Positions 1-10,000 of a stretch of 64,000 nt of DNA are shown here, piece after piece. The notes beneath the pieces were generated by a model. The model was not told the origin of the DNA and did no database searches. It was given only the letters and a program-made list of their open reading frames with translations. A program made the position numbers and the translations under genes. Position 1 is the stretch's first letter. Each line of letters starts with the position of its first letter. Origin of the DNA: Antedon mediterranea (taxonomy: Eukaryota > Animalia > Echinodermata); the NCBI RefSeq assembly GCF_964355755.1, contig NC_092680.1:13525045-13589044 (forward strand), read 5' to 3'.

Positions 1-647
1 TACGTTAAAATATTGCGCGCAGAAAAACGATTAAGTCATTGAAACAATTTCAGTGTGCTCTCTATTTTTCGTCACGTCAAAGTAACGGTATACGCTATAT
101 TCTGTATACGTACTACATACAGTGCAGAATAGGTGAAAATAAAGGACCCAAGTTATTGACGCTTTTGACATGATGACGTTATCACAATTTAAAAAATGGT
201 AGATTATGCGAAAGATAATTGATTGGCCTAGACAATATATCAAAATGGGGGGAAATGGAATACGGATAAGTGGAGATGCGCTCTATTAAATGTGATGAGC
301 TATGACGAAAGAGACAAAAATCCTTTATTTGATATTCGTGTGGCCATACGATGATGTCACAATGTCCGGTTAGCCAAATTGATGCATGATTCGATATCTA
401 CAACTCATCTACATTCAGAATATGTAATTTAAAAAAAGTTCACCACGTAGTTTAGAATCTATGACTGTTTAAAAAAAGGCATAATTTTGACAAATTTTTG
501 AACTTTTTCATCAAAAATGCGCGTAAATTGTTTAATTCTACGTGCTCGTATGACGTGATTTTAAGTTGAAATTGTTTGAAAGTTGGTAAATTTACTAAAA
601 AAAGACGGGAAAAACAAAAATCAAGCAAAAAAATGATGTTTTTGCGT

Positions 648-784
648 TACGTGCGCACGCGCGCGTAAAAAAATTGCGCACGCGTAGGAATTTTTGAAAT
701 GCTCAAAATGACATGAAACGCGTAGAAAGTTGATTAGAAATTGATTTTTTGCATTTTGAAATTTTAAACGCGCGTGCGCGCGTA
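648..784. other. Pair of alternating purine-pyrimidine CG-rich tracts forming an 11-bp internal inverted repeat; representative copy
   Basis: tacgtgcgcacgcgcgcgta (648-667) and acgcgcgtgcgcgcgta (768-784). gcgcacgcgcg (653-663) is the reverse complement of cgcgcgtgcgc (769-779). Seen in essentially every monomer. Confidence 0.85.
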
Positions 785-1045
785 ACTTTCTGTAAAACAT
801 GCTATTTTCTCTCCATAGAAAGTTAGCGCATGATATGACTTAAATTTTCACCAAGTTTCAATACAAAATGACATATAGTTTTTATTCTATGATCAATCAT
901 TGAAATTCATAAAATCGCACGTAACTTACGCTGCGCGACTCAAAATTCATAAAAAAAAGTTTCTTGCACATCTACAGCTACAGGGCAATCTTTTGACAAA
1001 GTTATACAATCATATGTTGGCCAGAATTAAAGATACGCTGCCAAC

Positions 1046-1084
1046 AAAAAATGGGAGAGAAGTGTGTAAAGAAAGAAATAAATA
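1046..1084 (+). repeat. Alternative cap-less tail (aaaaaatgggagagaagtgtgtaaagaaagaaataaata) fused to the next unit; 9 copies
   Basis: Precedes the units starting at 1084, 3444, 7044, 41023, 44439, 46817, 60397, 61547 and 63923, always with the same aaataaata|ctag join. Confidence 0.92.
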
Positions 1085-4000
1085 CTAGATTTGAACTCGT
1101 CACTACGTACGAGTTAGGTTATCCGCAGCGCAAAGGCCACGTGCACGTCATACGTTAGAATATTGCGCGCAGAAAAACGATTATGCCATTTAAAAAATGT
1201 TAGTGCGCTCTCAATTTTGCGTCACGTCTGAGTATATACGGTATACACTATAACTGTATACGTACTACTTACAGTTCAGAATAGGTGAAAATAAGTGACC
1301 AAAGTTATTGACGCTTTTGCACATGATGACGTCATAACAATTTTTAAAATGGTGAATCATGCGAAAGATAATTGATTGACCTAGACAATATAAAGAAATG
1401 GAGGGCAATGGAATACGGATAAGTGGAGATGCGCTCTATTAAATGTGATGAGCTATACGAAAGAGAAAAAAATCCTATATTTTATATTCGAGTGGCCATA
1501 CGATGACGTCACAATGTCCTGTTAGCTACATCGATGCATGATTCGATATCTACAACTCATCAACTTTCAGAATGTGTAATTTTAAAAAAGTTCACCACGT
1601 AGTTTAGAATCTATGACTTTTTTTAAAAAGGCATAATTTTCACGAATTTTTTAACTTTTTCATCAAAAACGCGCGCAAATTATTCAATTCTACGTGCTCG
1701 TATGACGTGATTTTAAGTCGAAATTGATTGAAAATTGGTAAATTTACTAGAAAAGGGTGGAAAAACAAAAACCAAGCAAAAAAAAGATGTTTTTGCTCTA
1801 CGTGCGCACGCGCGCGTAAGAAAAGTGCGCACGCTTGGGAATTTTTGAAATGCTCAAAATGACCTGAAACGCGTAGAAAGTTGATTAGAAATTGATTTTT
1901 CGCATTTTGAAATTTTAAACGCGCGTGCGCGCGTAACTTTCTATAAAACATGCCATTTTCTCTCCATAGAAAGTTATCGCATGATATGACTTAAATTTTC
2001 ACCAAGTCTGAATACAAAATGACTTTTGGTTTTTATTCTATGATCAATCATTGAAATTCATAAAATCACGCGTAACTTACGCTGCGCGACTCAAAATTCA
2101 TAAAAAAAAGTTTCTTGCACATCTACAGCTACAGGGCAATCTTTTGACAAAGTTATACAATCATATGTTGGCCAGAATTAGAGATACGCTGCGAACAAAA
2201 TTCGTGGAAAGAAAGAAGAAAATAGAAGAAAAAAGAGAAAAAAAAGATCCTGACAATAACAAGAGGTTATCCGCCAAGTGCGGATAACCAACTAGATTTG
2301 AACTCGTCACTTCGGACGAGTTAGGTTATCCGCAGCGCAAAGGCCACGCGCACGTCATACGTTAGAATATTGCGCGCAGAAAAAAGATTAAGGCATTGAA
2401 ACAATTTCAGTGCGCTCTCTGTTTTTCGTCACGTCTAAGTATATACGGTATACACTATATACTGTATACGTACTACATACAGTGCAGAATAGGTGAAATT
2501 AAGTGACCAAAGTTATTGACGCTTTTGAACAAGATGACGTCATCACAATTTTTAAAATGGTGAATCGTGCGAAAGATAATTGATTGACCTAGACAACATA
2601 AAAAAATGGGGGGAAATGGAATACGGATAAGTAGAGATGCGCTCTATTAAATTTGACGAGCTATGACGAAAGAGAAAAAAATCCTATATTTTATATTCGA
2701 GTGGCCATACGATGATGTCACAATGTCCGGTTAGCCATATTCGTGCATGAATCGATATCTACAAGTCATCAACTACCAGAATATGTAATTTGAAAAAAGT
2801 TCACCACGTAGTTTAGAATCTATGACTGTTTAAAAAAAAGCATAATTTTCACAAATTTTTGAACTTTTTCATCAAAAACGCGCGCAAATTGTTTAATTCT
2901 ACGTGCTCGTATGACGTGATTTTAAGTCGAAATTGATTAAAAATTGGTAAATTTGCTATAAAAGGCTGAAAAAGCAAAAATCAAGCAAAAAAAGGGTGTT
3001 TTTGCGCTACGTGCGCACGCGCGCGTAAAAAAATTGCGCACGCGTGGGAATTTTTGAAATGCTCAAAATGACATAAAACGCTTAGAAAGTTGATTAGAAA
3101 TTGATTTTTCGCATTTTGAAATTTTAAACGCGCGTGCACGCGTAACTTTTCGTAAAACATGCCATTTTCTCTCTATAGAAAGTTAGCGCATGATATGACT
3201 TAAATTTTCACCAAGTTTCAATACAAAATGACATATAGTTTTTATTCTATGATCAATCATTGAAATATATAAAATCGCGCGTAACTTACGCTGCGCGACT
3301 CAAAATTCATAAAAAAAAGTTTCTTGCACATCTACAGCTACAGGGCAATCTTTTGACAAAGTTATACAATTATATGTTGGCCAGAATTAGAGATACGCTG
3401 CCAACAAAAAATGGGAGAGAAGTGTGTAAAGAAAGAAATAAATACTAGATTTGAACTCGTCACTACGGACGAGTTAGGTTATCCGCAGAGCAAAAGCCAC
3501 GTGCACGTCATACGTTAGAATATTGCGCAGAGAAAAACATTATGCCATTGAAAAAATGTTAGTGCGCTCTCTATTTTACGTCACGTCTAAGTATACACGG
3601 TATACACTATATATTGTATACGTACTACATACAGTTCAGAATAGGTGAAAATAAGTGACCAAAGTTAATGACGCTTTTGAACATGATGACGTCATCACAA
3701 TTTTAAAAATGGTATATCATCCGAAAGATAATTGATTGACCTAGACAAAAAAAAAATTGAGGGAAATGGAATACGGATAAGTAGAGATGCGCTCTATTAA
3801 ATTTGACGAGCTATGATGAAAGAGAAAAAAATCCTATATTTTATATTTGAGTGGCCATACGATGACGTCACTATGTCCTGTTAGCCATATCGATGCATGA
3901 TTCGATATCTACAACTCATCAACTTCCAGAATGTGTAATTTAAAAAAAGTTCTCCTCGTAGTTTACAATCTATGACTGTTTTAAAAAAGGCATAATTTTG

Positions 4001-4565
4001 ACAAATTTTTGAACTTTTTCATAAAAAACGCGCGCAAATTGTTCAATTCTACGTGCTCGTATGACGTGAATTTAAGTCGAAATTGATTGAAAATTGGTAA
4101 ATTTACTAGAAAAGGCTGAAAAAACAAAAATCAAGCAAAAAATGTATGTTTTTGCGCTAAGTGCGCACGCGCGCGTAAAAAAATTGCGCACGCGTGGGAA
4201 TTTTTGAAATGTTCAAAATGACCTGAAACGCGTAGAAAGTTGATTAGAAATTAATTTTACGCATTTTGAAATTTTAAACGCGCGTGCGCGCGTAACTTTA
4301 TTTGAAACATGCCATTTTTAATCCATAGAAAGTTTGCGCATGATATGACTTAAATTTTCACCGAGCTTCAATACAAAATGACTTTTAGTTTTTAATCTAT
4401 GATCAATCATTGAAATTCATATAATTGCGCGTAACTTACGCTGCGCGTCTCGAAATTCGAAAAAAAAAATGTCATGCACATCTACAGATCCAGGCCAATC
4501 TTATAACAAAGTTATAGAATTATATGTTGGCTAGAATTAGAGATACGCTGCGAACAAAATTCGTG

Positions 4566-4584
4566 GAAAGAAAGAAGAATAAAG

Positions 4585-4620
<36 letters not shown>
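4566..4620 (+). repeat. A-rich / poly(A) simple tract next to the cap (T-tract on the element strand); representative copy
   Basis: gaaagaaagaagaataaag followed by a long A run. Length and G/T interruptions vary between copies. Confidence 0.95.
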
Positions 4621-4622
<2 letters not shown>

Positions 4623-4665
4623 TCCTGACAATAACAAGGGGTTATCCGCCAAGTGCGGATAACCA
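4621..4665 (-). repeat. 45-bp terminal cap (element 5' end) with a 10-bp-stem hairpin; representative copy
   Basis: gatcctgacaataacaagg-ggttatccgc(4640-4649)-caagt-gcggataacc(4655-4664)-a. Nearly invariant across the array. The variants I saw are aagagg versus aagggg and loop caaga versus caagt. Confidence 0.95.
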
Positions 4666-4708
4666 ACTAGATTTGAACTCGTCACTACGGACGAGTTAGG
4701 TTATCCGC
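4666..4708 (-). repeat. Element 3' terminus: CTAG end, 8-bp-stem palindrome and 3' subTIR; representative copy
   Basis: actag-atttg-aactcgtc(4676-4683)-actacg-gacgagtt(4690-4697)-a-ggttatccgc(4699-4708). Present at all 51 junctions with only minor variants. Confidence 0.95.
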
Positions 4709-7043
4709 GGCGCAAAAGCCACGTGCACGTCTTACGCTAGAATATTGCGCGCATAAAAACGATTATGCCATTGAAAAAAATGTTAGTGCGCTCTCTATTT
4801 TGTGTCACGTCTGAGTATATACGGTATACGCTATATACTGTATACGTACTACATACAGAGCAGAATAGGTGAAAATAAGGGACCCAAGTTATTGACTCTT
4901 TTGGACATGATGACGTCATCACAATTTAAAAAATGGTAGATTATGCGAAAGATAATTGATTGGCCTAGACAATATAACAAAATGGGGGGAAATGGAATAC
5001 GGATAAGTGGAGATGCGCTCTATTAAATGTGATGAGCTATGCGAAAGAGACAAAAATCCTATATTTTATATTCGAGTGGCCATACGATGACGTCACAATG
5101 TCCGGTTAGCCATATCGATGAATGATTTGATATTTACAACTCATCTACTTCCAGAATCTGAAATTTTAAAAATTTTCACCTCGGAGTTTAGAATCTATGT
5201 CTTTTTAAAAAAAGGCATAATTTTCACGAATTTTTTAACTTTTTCATCAAAAACGCGCGCAAATTGTTCAATTCTACGTTCTCGTATGACGTGATTTTAA
5301 GTCGAAATTGTTTGAAAGTTGGTAAAATTACTAGAGAAGGCTTAAAAAACAAAAATCAAGCAAAAAAAACATGTTTTTGCCTTACGTGCGCACGCGCGCG
5401 TAAAAATATTGCGCACGCGTGGGAATTTTTGAAATGCTCAAAATGACATGAAACGCGTAGAAAGTTGATTAGAAATGACTTTTGCGCAATTTGAAATTTT
5501 GAACGCACGTGCGCGCGTAACTTTCTGTAAAACATGCCATTTTCTCTCCATAGAAAGTTTGCGATTAATATGACTTAAATTTTCACTAAGTTTCAAAACA
5601 AAATGACTTATAGTTTTTAATCTATGATCAATCATTGAAATTCATAAAATCGCACTTAACTTACGCTGCGCGACTCTAAAGTCAAAAAACGAAACGTCCT
5701 GCACATCTACCGCTACAGGTCAATATTATGACAAAGTTACACAATCTTATGTTGGCCAGAATTAGAGATATGCGACCAACAAAATTCGTGGAAAGAAAGA
5801 AGAAAATAGAAAAAAAAGAAAAAAAAAAAAAAGAAAAAAAAAAAAAAGATCCTGACAATAACAAGGGGTTATCCGCCAAGAGCGGATAACCAACTAGACT
5901 TGAACTCGTCACTACGGACGAGTTAGGTTATCCGCAGCGCAAAGGCCACGTGCACGTCATACGTTAAAATATTGCGCGCAGAAAAACGATTAAGTCATTG
6001 AAACAATTTCAGTGTGCTCTCTATTTTTCGTCACGTCTGAATATATACGGTATACGCTATATACTGTATACGTACTACATACAGTGCAGAATAGGTGAAA
6101 ATAAGTGACCAAAGTTATTGACGCTTTTGGACATGATGACGTCATCACAATTTCTAAAATGGTGAATCATGCGAAAGATAATTGATTGACCTAGACAATA
6201 TAAAGAAATGGAGGGCAATGGAATACGGATAAGTGGAGATGCGCTCTATTAAATGTGATGAGCTATACGAAAGAGAAAAAAATCCTATATTTTATATTCG
6301 AGTGGCCATACGATGACGTCACAATGTCCTGTTAGCTATATCGATGCATGATTCGATATCTACAACTCATCAACTTCCAGAATGTGTAATTTAAAAAAAG
6401 TTCACCACGTAGTTTATAATCTATGACTTTTAAAAAAAAAGCATAATTTTCACGAATTTTTTAACTTTTTCATCAAAAATGCGCGTAAATTGTTTAATTC
6501 TACGTGCTCGTCTGACGTGATTTTAAGTTCAAATTGTTTGAAAGTTGGTAAATTTACTAGAAAAGGGTGGAAAAACAAAAATCAAGAAAAAAAAAATGTT
6601 TTTGCGCTACGTGCGCACGCGCGCGTAAGAAAAGTGCGCACGCGTGGGAATTTTTGAAATGCTCAAAATGACATGAAACGCGTAGAAAGTTGATTAGAAA
6701 TTGATTTTTCGCATTTTTAAATTTTAAACGCGCGTGCGCGAGTAACTTTTTGTAAAACATGCCATTTTCTCTCCATAGAAAGTTAGCGCATGATATGACT
6801 TAAATTTTCACCAAGTTTCAATACAAAATGACATATAGTTTTTATTCTATAATCAATCATTGAAATTCATAAAATCGCGCGTAACTTACGCTGCGCGACT
6901 CAAAATTCATAAAAAAAAGTTTCTTGCACATCTACAGCTACAGGGCAATCTTTTGACAAAGTTATACAATCATATGTTGGCCAGAATTAGAGTTACGCTG
7001 CCAACAAAAAATGGGAGAGAAGTGTGTAAAGAAAGAAATAAAT

Positions 7044-10000
7044 ACTAGATTTGAACTCGTCACTTCGGACGAGTTAGGTTATCCGCAGCGCAAAGGCCAC
7101 GTGCACGTCATACGTTAGAATATTGCGCGCAGAAAAACGATTATGCCATTGAAAAAATGTTAGTGCGCTCTCTATTTTGTGTCACGTCAAAGTATATACG
7201 GTATACACTATATTCTGTATACGTACAACATACAGTGCAGAATAGGTGAAAATAAGGGACCCAAGTTATTGACGCTTTTGGACATGATGACGTCATCACA
7301 ATTTAAAAAATTGTAGATTATGCGAAAGATAATTGATTGGCCTAGACAATATAACAAAATGGGAGAAATGGAATACGGATAAGTGGAGATGCGCTCTATT
7401 AAATGTGATGAGCTATGAGAAAGAGACAAAAATCCTATATTTTATATTCGAGTGGCCATACGTTGACGTCACAATGTCCGGTTAGCCATATCGATGCATG
7501 ATATGATATCTACAACTCATCTACTTCCAGAATCTGAAATTTTCAAAATTTTCACCACGGACTTTAGAATCTATGACTTTTTAAAAAAAGGCATAATTTT
7601 CACGAATTTTTTAACTTTTTCATCAAAAACGCGCGCAAATTGTTCAATTCTACGTGCTCGTATGACGTGATTTTAAGTCGAAATTGATTGAAAACTGGTA
7701 AATTTACTAGAAAAGGCTGGAAAAACAAAAATCAAGGAAAAAATAGATGTTTTTGCGCTACGTGCGCACGCGCGCGTAAGAAAAGTGCGCACGCGTGGGA
7801 ATTTTTGAAATGCTCAAAATGACATGAAACGCGTAGAAAGTTGATTAGAAATTGATTTTTCGCATTTTGAAATTTTAAACGCGCGTGCGCGCGTAATTTT
7901 CTGTAAAACATGCCATTTTCTCTCCATAGAAAGTTAGCGCATGATATAAATTAAACTTTTGCCAAGTTCCAAATTAAATGGTTTAATGGTTTTCGATCTA
8001 AATTAAATACGCAAAATTCATAAAATCGCGCGTAACTTACGCTGCGCAACTCGGACGGTACCGAAAACCTTATTACGACATATTCAGATAGAGATCAATC
8101 TTCTGATAAAGTTACAAAATGTTATGTTGAGAAGATTTAGAGATACACGCGCAACAAAATTCTGGGAAAGAAAGAAGAATAAGAAAGAAAAAAAAAAAAA
8201 AAAAAAAAAAAGATCCTGACAATAACAAGGGGTTATCCGCCAAGTGCGGATAACCAAAAAGATCCTGACAATAACAAGGGGTTATCCGCCAAGTGCGGAT
8301 AACCAACTAGATTTGAACTCGTCACTACGGACGAGTTAGGTTATCCGCAGCGCAAAAGTCACGCGCATGACACATAAGTTAGAATATTGCGCGCAGAAAA
8401 ACGATTATGCCATTGAAAAAAATGTTAGTGAGCCCTCTATTTTGCGTCACGTCTGAGTATATACGGTATACACTATATACTGTATACGTACTACATACAG
8501 TGCTGAATAGGTGAAAATAAGTGACCAAAGTTATTGACGCTTTTGGACATGATGACGTCATAACAATTTTAAAAATGGTGTATCATTCGTAAGATAATTG
8601 ATTGACCTAGGCAATATATAAAAATGGGGGAAAATGGAATACGGATAAGTGGAGATGTGCTCTATTAAATGTGATGAGCTATGACGAAAGAGACAAAAAT
8701 CCTATATTTGATATTCGTGTGGCCATACGACGACGTCACAATGTCCGGTTAGCCAAATCAATGCATGATTCTATATTTACAACTCATCTACATTCAAAAT
8801 ATGTAATTTTAAAAAAGTTCACCACGTAGTTTAGAATCTATGACTGTTTAAAAAAAGGCATAATTTTGACAAATTTTTGAACTTTTTCATCAAAAATGCG
8901 CGTAAATTGTTTAATTCTACGTGTTCGTATGACGTGATTTTAAGTCGAAATTGTTTGAAAGTTGGTAAATTTACTAAAAAAGACAGGAAAAACAAAAATC
9001 AAGCAAAAAAATGATGTTTTTGCGCTACGTGCGCACGCGCGCGTAAAAAAATTGCGCACAAGTGGGAATTTTTGAAATGCTCAAAATGACATGAAATGCG
9101 TAGAAAGTTGATTAGAAGTTGATTTTTCGCATTTTGAAATTTTAAACGCGCGTGCGCGCGTAACTTTTTGTGAAACATGCCATTTTTAATCCAAAGAAAG
9201 TTTGCGCATTATATGACTTAAATTTTCACCAAATTTCAATTAAAAACGACTTTTAGTTTTTATTCTATGATCAATCATTGAAATTCACAAAATCGCGCGT
9301 AACTTACGCTGCGCAACTCGAAATTTGAAAAAAAAAGTTTCTTGCACATCTACAGCTACAGGGCAATATTTTGACAAAGTTATATAATCATTTGTTAGCC
9401 AGAATTAGAGATATGCTTGCAACAAAATTCGGGGAAAGAAAGAAGAAAATAGAAAAAAAAAGAGAAAAATAAAAAAAAAAAAGATCCTGACAATAACAAG
9501 GGGTTATCCGCCAAGTGCGGATAACCAACTAGATTTGAACTCGTCACTACGGACGAGTTAGGTTATCCGCAGCGCAAAAGCCACGCGCACGTCATACGTT
9601 AGAATATTGCGCGCAGAAAAACGATTATGCCAATGAAAAAATGTTAGTGCGCTCTCTATTTTGCGTCACGTCAAAGTATATACGGTATACACTATATTCT
9701 GTATACGTACTACATACAGTGCAGAATAGGTGAAAATAAGGGACCCAAGTTATTGACGCTTTTGGACATGATGACGTCATCACAATTTTTAAAATGGTGA
9801 ATCATTCGAAAGATAATTGATTGGCCTAGACAATATAACAAAATAGGGGGAAATGGAATACGGATAAGTGGAGATGCGCTCTATTAAATGTGATGAGCTA
9901 TGCGAAAGAGACAAAAATCCTATATTTTATATTCGAGTGGCCATATGATGACGTCACAATGTCCGGTTAGCCATATCGATGCATGATTTGATATTTACAA

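Larger units (their letters stand above)
3444..4665 (-). mobile_element. Representative complete non-autonomous Helentron-associated (HINE/DINE-1-like) element, 1222 bp
   Basis: Minus strand reads T-GGTTATCCGC-ACTTG-GCGGATAACC (5' subTIR plus inverted copy), CCTTGTTATTGTCAGGATC, T-tract, body, GCGGATAACC (3' subTIR), T, AACTCGTC-CGTAGT-GACGAGTT (palindrome), CAAATCTAG-T. This matches the known HINE/DINE-1 layout (subTIRs, 5' IR, simple repeat, 3' stem-loop, TT insertion, no TSD), and CTAG fits the Helitron CTRR end. The family assignment is structural only; no database search was run. Confidence 0.8.

Noticed and set aside
900-1088. Recurrent 62-aa ORF MKFIKSRVTYAARLKIHKKK... (also 2051, 3260, 6860, 40839, 60213, 61363)
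   Set aside because: It has a TTG start and no recognisable domain, and is open in only one cassette allele. It recurs simply because the DNA is repeated.
4566-4620. Poly(A) tails suggesting SINE/LINE or HeT-A-like retroelement arrays
   Set aside because: The A-tract is internal, followed by a conserved cap. I saw no TSDs, variable 5' truncations, RT/gag ORFs or evident Pol III boxes.
4640-4664. Rho-independent terminator or MITE terminal inverted repeat
   Set aside because: There is no upstream gene or immediately adjacent U-run at ordinary junctions. The inverted repeats are asymmetric and subterminal with no TSD, which fits Helentron-type ends better.
4676-4701. Integron attC-like site (gttaggt fits GTTRRRY) in a cassette-like array
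   Set aside because: There is no matching RYYYAAC box or attC-length imperfect stem, no cassette ORFs and no integrase.
4621-4708. CRISPR-like palindromic repeats
   Set aside because: The intervening ~1.1 kb segments are homologous to each other rather than unique 30-40 nt spacers, and no cas genes are present.
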